This document shows positions 41,679 to 50,829 of a DNA stretch of 64,000 nucleotides, piece by piece; position 1 is the first letter of the stretch; each line of letters begins with the position of its first letter. The notes beneath the pieces were generated by a model that did no database searches, was not told the origin of the DNA, and saw only the letters and a program-made list of their open reading frames with translations. The position numbers and the translations under genes are program-made. Source of the stretch: Thermoanaerobaculia bacterium. GTDB taxonomy: Bacteria > Acidobacteriota > Thermoanaerobaculia > Multivoradales > UBA5704. The stretch lies in the NCBI GenBank assembly GCA_044226625.1, contig JBGAGQ010000004.1, forward strand, positions 137,851 through 201,850. The letters are read 5' to 3'.

Positions 41679-42643
41679 CGAGTGCCCTTCGCCTCGGTGG
41701 ACGTCTGGGCGGCCGACGCGGTTGGAAGCCTGGCGATCGCGGTCATCCCCGCCTTGAGCTCTGGCGCCGGCTCGACCTCGATCTTGGTGCCGAAGACGAG
41801 GTCGCTCCGTTGCTCGAGCGTCTGCAGGTTCCTCGGCGTGTACTCCCCCTGGTCGCGGATCTCGACCACCCGGCCGGCGAACGTCCGATCGGGAAAGGAG
41901 TCCACCGCGATCCGCATCGTCTGGCCCACGCGGACCTTACCGAGCTCGGGCTCCGGCACGTAGACGCGCACCCAGAGCTGGCCGTCTTCGAGCAGGGTGA
42001 GCGCCGCTTGATTCGGGGTCAGAAGATCACCCGGCCGCAGGTCGAGAGCCTCGACCACACCAGCGGCTGGCGCGACGATCGAAAGCTCCTTCCTCTGCCG
42101 TTCGAGATAGGCGAGCTGCGTCTCGAGCCGTTCGACCACCGCGGTGCCCGCCGAGCGGTCCTCGCTCCGGCCGCCGCGTTGCGCCTGGCGCAGAGTCTCG
42201 AGGGCGCTCGCCTCGCGCACCGCCGCGGTGTCGAAATCCCGCTTCCCGATCACACCGGATTGGTAGAGCGATTCGAAGCGGTCGCGGTCGGTCTTGGCCG
42301 CCCGCCAGTCGATCTCGGCTCGGCGCAGCTCCTCGCTACGCGGTCCCTTGGTCACCTTGGCGAGGTTCGCCCGCGCCTCGGCGATCGCCGCCTTCTGCTG
42401 CTCGATCTGCAAGTCCAGCAAATCGGGCTCGAGCTCGAGGAGCGGCTGGCCGACTTGGACGCGATCCCCTTCGTCCACCAGCACGCGGGAGACCCGGCCG
42501 CCGACCAGAGACCCGAGCTCGACGCTTCGCGCTTCGAGCGAGCCGGCGAGTCGCAGCTCCTGGGGCTCGGGCTTGCGATGCCAGTAGAACCAACCGCCGG
42601 CGGCCCCTCCGACGAGGAGCAGAAGGACGATCGCTTTGCGCAT
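41675..42643 (-). CDS. HlyD-family membrane fusion protein (YbhG-like)
   Basis: N-terminal TM; GGRV..VLVDEGD.V; EYTPRNLQT. Confidence 0.92.
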   Translation of the reverse strand: MRKAIVLLLLVGGAAGGWFYWHRKPEPQELRLAGSLEARSVELGSLVGGRVSRVLVDEGDRVQVGQPLLELEPDLLDLQIEQQKAAIAEARANLAKVTKGPRSEELRRAEIDWRAAKTDRDRFESLYQSGVIGKRDFDTAAVREASALETLRQAQRGGRSEDRSAGTAVVERLETQLAYLERQRKELSIVAPAAGVVEALDLRPGDLLTPNQAALTLLEDGQLWVRVYVPEPELGKVRVGQTMRIAVDSFPDRTFAGRVVEIRDQGEYTPRNLQTLEQRSDLVFGTKIEVEPAPELKAGMTAIARLPTASAAQTSTEAKGTR

Positions 42644-42711
42644 CCCCGATCCTTTCTCAATCCTCTCGCGGCCTGTCCGCGCGCGATCTTCCGACGTGGA
42701 ACGCGTTCGAC

Positions 42712-43185
42712 TTACCGGCCCGGAGGGGGGCTCGGGGGCGGTTCATGGCGGCGGATTTCGATCTTCGAAGGCGCCGCGGGAGCGGCGGGAGGGGTCGCCG
42801 TCTCGGAACCGCTCTCGGTTCCGGCCGGAGCCTCAGCCGAAGGCGATTCGGGCACGGGAGCCTCCGCCTCGATCGGAACGATCGGTTTCGACTGCCGCTC
42901 GGACGGTGGCGGCGGCTCATTGCCGCCCCCTTCCGGCGCGGTGGTGGGAGCCGGCGCCTCGGGAGCGGACGCCGCCGGATCGGCATTCGGCGACGGAGAT
43001 TCCCCGCGACGACGGAAGAGGAACAGCGCCACCGCCAGAGACACGACGACCAGCGCGACGAGGACGAAGATCCATACGGGGCGGCGTGAGCCGCTCCGCG
43101 CGACGTAGACCCGAGACTCGGACCGGCTGCGATCGCCGCGTCCTCCCGGTTCCACCGAACCGTTTGGGTTCAAGTTTTCTGGCAT
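42712..43185 (-). CDS. Hypothetical single-TM Pro-rich protein
   Basis: TM followed by a low-complexity stalk; ends KIEIRRHEP like its neighbour. Confidence 0.6.
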   Translation of the reverse strand: MPENLNPNGSVEPGGRGDRSRSESRVYVARSGSRRPVWIFVLVALVVVSLAVALFLFRRRGESPSPNADPAASAPEAPAPTTAPEGGGNEPPPPSERQSKPIVPIEAEAPVPESPSAEAPAGTESGSETATPPAAPAAPSKIEIRRHEPPPSPPPGR

Positions 43186-43278
43186 TTGAGCCGGGCTCCA
43201 GGGTTCGGTTCGCGGCGGGTTCCGCGTTCGCGAGCCACCTGGACTTTACCAGCGGGAAGATTCGATCGTCAGTGCCTC

Positions 43279-44055
43279 TCAAAACCCCGGCTCGTGGCGG
43301 CGAATCTCGATCTTGGGCTCCGGGCGTTCCGGCGGCAGCTTAACTCCCGCGACGATCGAGATCCGGCCGATCGCGTCATTGCAGGTGGTCTCGAAGTCGG
43401 TTACCAACCGAAGGACCTTACGGTCCGCCTCCACGCCGTACTCGAGGACGTGAAACTGGCCTTCCTCCTCGTTACAACCGCCCGTTTCGACGGAGAAGTC
43501 GATACCCGCGTAAGGACCTTTGTTGAAGGGCCAGCGCTCCGCCCTGGAGTAGAAGCCGCGAACGAGGCGTTCTCCCTTGCGCGGACCGAAATCGAGGTGG
43601 TATTGGCTCCTACCCTCGACCTCGATCGACACGCTGCTGGACTCCATCATTCGGATCGAGAACGACGCGAGGTCTTCGGTTAGGACTAGCCGGGCACCGC
43701 CGGCCGCGACCTCGCTTCCTCGGTTGAGCAGACAAAGAAAATTCGAGTGCTTCTCCATCAGGTCGCCGCAGGCGTCTTCGATATCGGTGAAGGCGAGCCT
43801 CCTCCCGGGAGAGACCGGAGCCTCGAACGATGGCGCCGAGCGGCGTCGGGAAAGGGGAGCCGCGGGCAGCTCGGGCTGCCGCACCGGTTCTCGGCTCTCT
43901 ACGACCGGCGGCGCGGCCTCGACCGCGATGGCGGGCGGCGGAGCGAGGACCACCGACCTCCGCCCGAGGAAAAAGCCGACGATACCGAGGCAGAGATCGA
44001 AAGCGAGAACGATCGAAAAAAGGAACACCGTCGATCGGCGCAGATGGTCGTACAT
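43279..44055 (-). CDS. Hypothetical single-TM protein with 4-Cys extracellular domain
   Basis: Paralog of 44079..44924 (AF.D..DACGDL, LCLLNR, FGP.KG..L..GFY, DF...CN.AIGRISI). Confidence 0.7.
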   Translation of the reverse strand: MYDHLRRSTVFLFSIVLAFDLCLGIVGFFLGRRSVVLAPPPAIAVEAAPPVVESREPVRQPELPAAPLSRRRSAPSFEAPVSPGRRLAFTDIEDACGDLMEKHSNFLCLLNRGSEVAAGGARLVLTEDLASFSIRMMESSSVSIEVEGRSQYHLDFGPRKGERLVRGFYSRAERWPFNKGPYAGIDFSVETGGCNEEEGQFHVLEYGVEADRKVLRLVTDFETTCNDAIGRISIVAGVKLPPERPEPKIEIRRHEPGF

Positions 44056-44078
44056 TGGGCTCTGGGCTCCGGAGCTCT

Positions 44079-44924
44079 CTAACGGGTCGAGTCTCCCGCC
44101 AGCTCACGAGGGTGCGGGTCGAGCGGCGGCCTTGGCTTGACCGGACGGTCGGCCCGAATGATGGAAATACGCCCGATGGCTCCGTTGCAATCGGAATCGA
44201 AATCCGCCACGAACCGCAAAATCCTGCCATCGCCGGTTTGGGTGTAGTCGAGGATCAGGAATCGGCCGTCCTGGACTTCACAGGTCGAACCCGTCGACAC
44301 ATCGAGCCCGGGATAGGGTCCGGCGTGGGAAAACGAGCTCAACGCGCCGCCATAAAATCCCGGGATGAGCGGCTTACCTTTGGGCGGACCGAAACGGAGG
44401 GAATATCTTTCCTTTCCTTCGACCCCGATCGACACGCCGTTGTTGGACATCGCAGAGATCGAAAATTTCGCCAGCGCCTCGTCGACGACCAACCGGGAGC
44501 CACGAGCGAGAAGCTCGCCTTCTCGATTCAACAGGCACAAGTAGTTTCGACGCGAGGCCAGGTCGCCGCAGGCGTCTTGCACATCCTCGAAGGCCAAAGG
44601 GTCACCCGGCGAGGTAGGCGGCGCATCGGCGCGGTTCGACTCCCGCTCAGGGGGCGTCGCGTCCTTCTCGATGGGCGCGCCGCCCGAAGGGCTCTTCGTC
44701 GCCTCTGGACCGACGGGGGACGCGGCGACCTGAAGAGGGACGGATCGTCGCCCGAGGAGGAATCCCAAGAGCCCCAAAACCCCGCCGAGAAGGAGCGCGA
44801 CGGCTAACAGGATCACCGCGTGGCGGCGTTCGTCGGCCTGATCGACGAAGACTCGAACCTCAGGCCGGCCGCGGTCGGGGCTCCGCCGCGCGAGCGAGCC
44901 GGGGCTCGGAGAAATCTCAGGCAT
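44079..44924 (-). CDS. Hypothetical single-TM protein with 4-Cys extracellular domain
   Basis: GGGGAG RBS; paralog of 43279..44055. Confidence 0.75.
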   Translation of the reverse strand: MPEISPSPGSLARRSPDRGRPEVRVFVDQADERRHAVILLAVALLLGGVLGLLGFLLGRRSVPLQVAASPVGPEATKSPSGGAPIEKDATPPERESNRADAPPTSPGDPLAFEDVQDACGDLASRRNYLCLLNREGELLARGSRLVVDEALAKFSISAMSNNGVSIGVEGKERYSLRFGPPKGKPLIPGFYGGALSSFSHAGPYPGLDVSTGSTCEVQDGRFLILDYTQTGDGRILRFVADFDSDCNGAIGRISIIRADRPVKPRPPLDPHPRELAGDSTR

Positions 44925-44997
44925 TCCAGCTCCCCTCTCTGCGCACGAAAATGTTCGCCCTTTAGATGGCGGATTTTAGCATTCGCCCCGATCGGGC

Positions 44998-45026
44998 TTG
45001 ACTTCGTCTCCTAGGACTTCAATACT
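44998..45026 (+). promoter_or_regulatory. Sigma70-type promoter of the aromatic leader / pheA-aroF
   Basis: TTGACT (44998-45003), 17-bp spacer, AATACT (45021-45026). Confidence 0.65.
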
Positions 45027-45035
45027 CCGGGTCCC

Positions 45036-45107
45036 ATGACGACGTTTGGCTGGCACTACTACTTTACGTACCGTGACGCGGGGACTTCCGCGTTCGCGTC
45101 CGGGTAG
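45036..45107 (+). CDS. Attenuator leader peptide MTTFGWHYYFTYRDAGTSAFASG
   Basis: 23-aa ORF with 3 Phe, 1 Trp and 3 Tyr, double TAG stop, directly before a terminator and an aromatic biosynthesis gene. Confidence 0.88.
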   Translation: MTTFGWHYYFTYRDAGTSAFASG

Positions 45108-45131
45108 TAGCGCCCGCACGACTCGAACCCG

Positions 45132-45170
45132 AAAGCGCCCCGCCGGAAACGGTGGGGCGCTTTTGCTTTT
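45132..45170 (+). terminator. Attenuator (intrinsic terminator)
   Basis: AAAGCGCCCCGCCG-GAAA-CGGTGGGGCGCTTT followed by TGCTTTT. Confidence 0.9.
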
Positions 45171-45212
45171 GGCGCGACTTTCGAGACGACGGGTCGGCCG
45201 AGGAGAGATCGG

Positions 45213-46949
45213 ATGCGAGTAGCGATACAGGGAACCCGAGGATCGTTCAGCGAAGCGGCCGCCCGCAAACAATGGCCCGATTTGGAGCTGCTCCCCCTAC
45301 GCACGGTCGCGGAGGTGGTCGAGGCGGTGCGCGACGGCGCCGCCGACGCCGGATGTCTCCCCTTCGAAAACTCGCTGGTCGGCTTGGTAGAGACCACCGA
45401 GGACGTCCTCCAACAGGCGTTTCGCGATCAGAGCCTCCATCTCGATCGGGAGATTCTGCTTCCGGTCCATCATGCGCTGCTCAGCGTGCCGGGCGCGTCG
45501 AAGTCGACGGTGCGCCGGGTCCTGTCGCATCCGGTAGCGCTCGATCAATGCCGCATTTGGCTCGGCAAGCACCTGCCGCAGGTGCAGAGGGTGAGCGAGT
45601 GGGACACGGCCGGCGGCGCCGAGATCGTGGCGCACGGCGCCGATCCCTCGCAGGCGGCGATCGGCTCCCTGCTCGCCGCTGAGATCTACGGCCTCGAGGT
45701 GATCGAAGACCGGATCGAGGACGACCCGACGAACCAGACCCGTTTCCTCACCTTCACCCGCGAGCCGCAGCCCGAGGTGCTCGACGGCCGTCCCAGGAAG
45801 ACCTCCCTCGTCGTCTGGACCGACCATCGCCCCGGCATGCTCGCCGCGGTCCTCCAGGCGTTCGCCACGCGCGGCATCAACCTGACCGCGCTCCAGTCGC
45901 GGCCGGAGAAATCCGCGCCCTGGACCTATCGGTTCTACATCGACGTCGAGGGCTCGGCCCGAGAACCGTTGGTAGCCGAGGCGATCGAAGCGATCGAGGC
46001 GCTCGCCAACCAGCTCGTCGTGCTCGGTAGCTACCTCGCCTGGCAAGGCCCCGCCTCGGCGAACGGCGATGCGGCCGCCGCGGGCGCGGCCTCGGCGCCG
46101 AACCACCGGCCGAAACCTGCCTTCCCCTTGTTCGACCGGCGGTATCAGCCGGAGGACACGATCGTCCGCATCGGCTCGATCGAGATCGGCGGCGGGACAC
46201 CCCTTCTGATCGCCGGCCCCTGCTCGGTCGAGAGCGAGGAGATGCTGATCGAAACCGCGCGCACGGTCGCCGCGGCGGGCGCCGACATGCTGCGAGGCGG
46301 CGCGTTCAAGCCGCGCACCTCTCCGTACGATTTCCAAGGTCTCGGAGTCCGCGGGTTGAAGATTCTCGCCGAGGCGCGGCGCGTCTCGGGGCTTCCGGTG
46401 GTCACCGAGGTGATGAGCTGGGAAGAGGTGCCGCTCGTCTCCCGCTACGCCGACATGCTCCAGATCGGCGCGCGCAACATGCAGAACTTCGCGCTGCTTC
46501 GCGCGGCGGGCCGCAGCGGCAAGCCGGTCATGCTCAAGCGCGGAGCCGGTGCGACGATCGACGAGTGGCTCCACGCGGCGGAGTACGTCCTCGCCCACGG
46601 CAACCCCCAGGTGGTCCTGTGCGAGCGAGGGATCCGGACGTTCGAGCGGGCCACCCGCCATACGCTCGATCTGAACGCCGTGGCGATCGTGCGCGAGCGG
46701 ACCCACCTGCCGGTGATCGTCGATCCGAGCCACGCCGCGGGCCTCCGCTCGATCGTGCCGGCGCTCACCCACGCGGGTCTCGCCGCGGGAGCGCAGGGGA
46801 TCATCGTCGAAGTCCATCCCGATCCCGACCACGCGCTCTCGGACGGCGCGCAAAGTCTCACCTTCCAGGGCTTCGCCGATCTCGCGGCGCAGCTCGGGAG
46901 AAAGGGGAAAGCACCCTCTGTGGAATCGGCGGAGCTCGCGGTGGTCTAG
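45213..46949 (+). CDS. Prephenate dehydratase (PDT-ACT) fused to type I-beta DAHP synthase
   Basis: QG..GSFS, PFENS..G, SHP.AL.QC, NQTRF, INLT..QSRP; then IAGPCSVES, GGAFKPRTSPY, IGARNMQN, CERG, DPSH, SDG.Q. Confidence 0.95.
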   Translation: MRVAIQGTRGSFSEAAARKQWPDLELLPLRTVAEVVEAVRDGAADAGCLPFENSLVGLVETTEDVLQQAFRDQSLHLDREILLPVHHALLSVPGASKSTVRRVLSHPVALDQCRIWLGKHLPQVQRVSEWDTAGGAEIVAHGADPSQAAIGSLLAAEIYGLEVIEDRIEDDPTNQTRFLTFTREPQPEVLDGRPRKTSLVVWTDHRPGMLAAVLQAFATRGINLTALQSRPEKSAPWTYRFYIDVEGSAREPLVAEAIEAIEALANQLVVLGSYLAWQGPASANGDAAAAGAASAPNHRPKPAFPLFDRRYQPEDTIVRIGSIEIGGGTPLLIAGPCSVESEEMLIETARTVAAAGADMLRGGAFKPRTSPYDFQGLGVRGLKILAEARRVSGLPVVTEVMSWEEVPLVSRYADMLQIGARNMQNFALLRAAGRSGKPVMLKRGAGATIDEWLHAAEYVLAHGNPQVVLCERGIRTFERATRHTLDLNAVAIVRERTHLPVIVDPSHAAGLRSIVPALTHAGLAAGAQGIIVEVHPDPDHALSDGAQSLTFQGFADLAAQLGRKGKAPSVESAELAVV

Positions 46950-47070
46950 GCGGAATTTCGCGCTTCTGCTGCGGCGGAAAAGCTTCGCTACGAAAAAATC
47001 GGTGAGGCGCGGCGACGAAGCGACTTTAGGGAGCGGGAGCTCATCTCGCCTCAGGAATCTGGCGCGTACG

Positions 47071-47330
47071 GCCTGGGAAGTGACTTCCCAGGCCAGGAAG
47101 CGACTTCCTGGTGCAGGAAGTGACTTCCCAGCTCAGGAAGTGACTTCCCAGCTCAGGAAGTGACTTCCCAGCTCAGGAAGTGACTTCCCAGACCAGGAAG
47201 TGACTTCCCAGACCAGGAAGTGACTTCCCAGACCAGGAAGTGACTTCCCAGCTCAGGAAGTGACTTCCCAGACCAGGAAGCGACTTCCCAGACCAGGAAG
47301 TGACTTCCCAGACCAGGAAGTGACTTCCTG
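47071..47330. repeat. Tandem array of 13 x 20-bp palindromic units
   Basis: Consensus G(AC/CT)CAGGAAGTGACTTCCCA with core GGAAG-TGA-CTTCC; degenerate in-register units on both flanks. Confidence 0.97.
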
Positions 47331-47562
47331 GCTCCGAAAACGTGATTCCGCCGCGGGAAGTCGCTTGGCGGTTCCGGGAGAGGCGATCGGCCGCCGAAAG
47401 TCGCTTCATGACCCGAAGCGTGACGCTCGGGCTCAGAGCTTCGATTCCGCCTGCGTTTGGCGTCTTGCGCGCCGAGACTGGGAAATCTGCGCCCCCGACC
47501 TTTCTCGCTCCGCCCGAATCCGCGATAGGGCCGTCGGACCGGCGGGGCGGAAACGACGCGCG

Positions 47563-49953
47563 TCAACGCGACGAGAACGCCTCGCCCGGCGCGATCAGAC
47601 GTTGGGTCGGACGGTCGGGCCGAGGCGCCTCCTCGGCGCCGACGACCTCGATCGCCGCGATCTGCAGGCTGATCGGCAGCCGGTCGGTCCCCCACTGGGA
47701 GCTCCGCGGGTCCTGCGGTGACTCGTCCGCGGCCTCGATCCGGATCTCGCTCCAGCCTTTCGGAGCGAGGAACGGCTCGCTGGTGAACCAGCGGTAGAAG
47801 ACCGGGTTCGCGCGCAGCCGGATCAGCTCCTGGCCGCCCGAAAGGCGAGGAACCGGTACGTTTCCGCCGAGACCCCGTGCCTCACCCGGCAGGAGCACCA
47901 CCTTGGCCGAATGCGATGCGAGGAAGCTCGTCGCCCCGAGCCGGAAGACGATCGGCTTCTCCGGAGTCGGATTGTAGAGAGCGAACGTTGCCTCTCGGCC
48001 CATCCGCGCCGCCCACCGACCGCGCCAGGGCTGCCGGTTGCGGAGTCCCGCGGCGGGGACCAGGACGGCCGCCTGCGGCGCGGGCAGGCGGTCGGCCGCG
48101 TAGGCGATCGCCGCTTCGTCTCGGTCGATCTCCGCGGGCGCGAGCAGCGGCAGGAGCGGGACGGTCTCGCCTCGGAGATCGGAGAAATAGGCCCTGTCGG
48201 TATAGATCACCGCGTACCGGAACCCGTTGTAGTGGAGGAACGCCCAGACGTAGTCCTGCGCGTCGGCCCGAACCACGTCGAAGAACTGATTCTTCGGATC
48301 CGAGAGATAACCCACGAGCGACAAATTTCGCGCGAAGAACGGCGACGGGAAGCCGACCTTCTCTTCGAGGACTGCGTTGATCATCCCGCTGTAGCCGCCG
48401 CTCGTCCGGCCGCGATGCTCGAGCTGCCAATAGGCGGTGGCCGACGGGAGAAAGAGCCCGCGGGTGCCGAAGAACGGCGCCTCGTGAAAGGTCGCCTTCG
48501 GATCCTGCGCGACGATCCGACGGTAGAGATCCGGCATCGGCGGCGGCGTCGCGCCCGGATAAGCCGGCGGCGAGAGGTCGAGGATCGTCACGGCGAACAG
48601 ACCGAAGAGGGCGAACTGGCGCAGCCTCGGGTTCTCGATCGAACGGCGCAAACGGGAGAGCCCGCTCGCCGCGATCACCGAGGCGAAGACCACGGCGAAG
48701 AGATTGAAGCGGGCCGGTACGCGCAGGTCGCGCATCGGTGGAAAGATCCGCCAGAGCCAGTCGGCCGGCAGGGGCACCGGCTCCAGCCGAAACGGCCGAA
48801 ACGCGCCGAGCGAGAGCACGACGGCCACGGCGAACGCCGCCCAGATGTAGCCGGAATGCGGGAAACGGACCCGGCGCGCGGCGGCGTAAGCGATCAGGCC
48901 GATCGACACGAGCCCGAGGTACGAGGACCGTTCGACGCCCGACGCACCGAATGCGGCCTTGGTGTAGGGGTGCCAGGGGATCAGCGCCGACGCCGGCTGC
49001 TGCTCGGTGGGGATGAAGTAGCCCCAAAGGGGCGCCCAGTAACGCGCGAACTCGATCCTGCCGCGCGCCGCTGGAAAACCGTGGCTCTTCGCCCAGAGCT
49101 GGCTCGAAAAGAGGAGCGCGAGCCCCGCCGCCGCGATCAGAGCGAACGCCGCGAGCCAGACGACTCGGGAGCGCAACCAGGAGCCGAAACCCGCGCGGAT
49201 CGATCGCGCGGCGCTCCAGAGGACGTAGAGGGCCGCCGGAATGGTGGCCATCACCGCGAAATAGGCGGCGCTCGCCGAGACCAATAGGTAGGTTCCGAGG
49301 GCCGCGAGCAGCGAGCGCTTCCGCGGGCGCTCCACCAGCTCGATCCAGGCGAGAAGGAAGAACCCAAGGACGCCGACGTAGATCAGCTCGAGGTGGGCGA
49401 GCGCGTGGAGGGTGACCGGCGTCGCGAGCATGCAGACGAGTCCCCCGAACACCGCCGCCACCCGGTCGCGAAGCAGGCGCCACGAGAGGTAGAAACCTCC
49501 TGCGGCCGTGAACAGGAAGCCGAACGCCCAGATCAGGTTGTAGCGGGCAAAGTCGGTCGGAAGCGCCCAGCCGACCAGATTCCAGATCACCGCCTGGAGA
49601 TGGAGCGGCGAGAACAAGCCGAGCGGCGCGCCCACCGGGTACATCACGTCGGGCGCGAGAAACGGCAGCCGACCCGCTGCGAGGCAATCCTGGTACCAGC
49701 GCAAGATCCAGAGATGCTGGAGCGGATCGGCGAAGGTCGCCGGCACGTCCGAAGCGAAGCGCGCGAGGACCCGGTGGCCGATCCAAAAGAGGCACGCCAG
49801 ATAGAGCGCGGCCGCAGCGAGCACCGTCTGGCGCCCTGGGCCGCCGCGCGCGCCGTCTCCGCTCGGGGTCTCGATCGCGCCCGCCCGCAAGGCCTCTCCC
49901 GGGATTCCTCTTTCGATCACTCCTTCGCTACCGACCGGCTCGTTCAAGCGCAT
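47563..49953 (-). CDS. Polytopic membrane protein, YfhO/GT-C-like glycosyltransferase
   Basis: GGAGG RBS; D..QHLW first loop; many TMs; YLG, LRVPARF, GYSG. Confidence 0.75.
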   Translation of the reverse strand: MRLNEPVGSEGVIERGIPGEALRAGAIETPSGDGARGGPGRQTVLAAAALYLACLFWIGHRVLARFASDVPATFADPLQHLWILRWYQDCLAAGRLPFLAPDVMYPVGAPLGLFSPLHLQAVIWNLVGWALPTDFARYNLIWAFGFLFTAAGGFYLSWRLLRDRVAAVFGGLVCMLATPVTLHALAHLELIYVGVLGFFLLAWIELVERPRKRSLLAALGTYLLVSASAAYFAVMATIPAALYVLWSAARSIRAGFGSWLRSRVVWLAAFALIAAAGLALLFSSQLWAKSHGFPAARGRIEFARYWAPLWGYFIPTEQQPASALIPWHPYTKAAFGASGVERSSYLGLVSIGLIAYAAARRVRFPHSGYIWAAFAVAVVLSLGAFRPFRLEPVPLPADWLWRIFPPMRDLRVPARFNLFAVVFASVIAASGLSRLRRSIENPRLRQFALFGLFAVTILDLSPPAYPGATPPPMPDLYRRIVAQDPKATFHEAPFFGTRGLFLPSATAYWQLEHRGRTSGGYSGMINAVLEEKVGFPSPFFARNLSLVGYLSDPKNQFFDVVRADAQDYVWAFLHYNGFRYAVIYTDRAYFSDLRGETVPLLPLLAPAEIDRDEAAIAYAADRLPAPQAAVLVPAAGLRNRQPWRGRWAARMGREATFALYNPTPEKPIVFRLGATSFLASHSAKVVLLPGEARGLGGNVPVPRLSGGQELIRLRANPVFYRWFTSEPFLAPKGWSEIRIEAADESPQDPRSSQWGTDRLPISLQIAAIEVVGAEEAPRPDRPTQRLIAPGEAFSSR

Positions 49954-50060
49954 TTTCCTCCAATGATATGATTGCATGTCTCGGGCGCGTCGCCCCGAGC
50001 CCAGCCGTTCGAAACGACCGTCGAAACTACCCTGTCCGAGAGTCTCCGTTCGAGCCCGCC

Positions 50061-50828
50061 ATGCGCGCAGTCGTCGTCATCCCCACCTACAACGAGCGAG
50101 ACAACATCGCGCCGCTCGTCTCGCGACTGATCGGGCTCGCAATTCGAGAAGGTGATCAAGCCCTACCGATGCCGCTCGACCTGTTCTTCGTCGACGACAA
50201 CTCACCGGACGGCACGGGGCGCTTGCTCGAGTCGATGCGCGCGGAGATTCCGAACCTACGCGTTCTCCATCGCGAGGGCAAGCTCGGTCTCGGCACCGCC
50301 TACCGCACGGCGTTTCGCCAGCTGCTCAGCGAAGGATACGACCGGCTCCTGTCGATGGACGCCGATCTCTCGCACGCGCCCGAATCGATCCCCGCTCTCC
50401 TGCGCGGAAGCGAGGACGCCGATCTGGTGGTGGGCAGCCGGTACGTCGAGGGGGGCGGAACCCAGCACTGCTCGGCCGCGCGGCGAGCCCTCTCGCTCAC
50501 GGCGAACGCCGGCGCCCGGGCGTTGCTCGGCCTCAAGCTACGCGACGCGACCGCCGGATTTCGCTGCTACCGCCGGGAGTTGCTCACCGATCTCGACCAA
50601 CGGGACATCCGTTCGAATGGCTATTCCTATCTGCTGGAGATGTCCTACTACGCGCAGCGCCTCGGCTATCGGTTGAGCGAGGTGCCGATCCGCTTCGACA
50701 ACCGCGTGCACGAGAAGAGCAAGATGAGCCGCAAGGAGATCTGGCTCGCTTCGAAGACCCTGTTCCGCCTCGCCGGGGGGCGCTTCTTCTTCGGCGCCCG
50801 CCGCGTCCATCGCGTGCTGCCGAACTGA
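50061..50828 (+). CDS. Polyprenol monophosphomannose synthase-like GT2
   Basis: IPTYNE, VDDNSPDGTG, MDADLSH, GSRY, D.T.GFR, EVPI.F. Confidence 0.92.
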   Translation: MRAVVVIPTYNERDNIAPLVSRLIGLAIREGDQALPMPLDLFFVDDNSPDGTGRLLESMRAEIPNLRVLHREGKLGLGTAYRTAFRQLLSEGYDRLLSMDADLSHAPESIPALLRGSEDADLVVGSRYVEGGGTQHCSAARRALSLTANAGARALLGLKLRDATAGFRCYRRELLTDLDQRDIRSNGYSYLLEMSYYAQRLGYRLSEVPIRFDNRVHEKSKMSRKEIWLASKTLFRLAGGRFFFGARRVHRVLPN

Positions 50829-50829
50829 C

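Noticed and set aside
45105-45133. Minus-strand tRNA 3'-end-like GGTTCGAGTC...GGGCGCTACTA (possible att site)
   Set aside because: The T-stem does not pair, no integrase is nearby, and the sequence is explained by the antiterminator.
47071-47330. CRISPR array
   Set aside because: The period is only 20 bp, the linkers are 7 bp and repeated rather than unique spacers, and no cas genes are present.
47153-47797. ORFs spanning the tandem array (47153..47695, 47173..47409, 47260..47721, 47342..47797)
   Set aside because: Their periodic peptides are a by-product of the 20-bp repeat; no RBS or protein-like composition.
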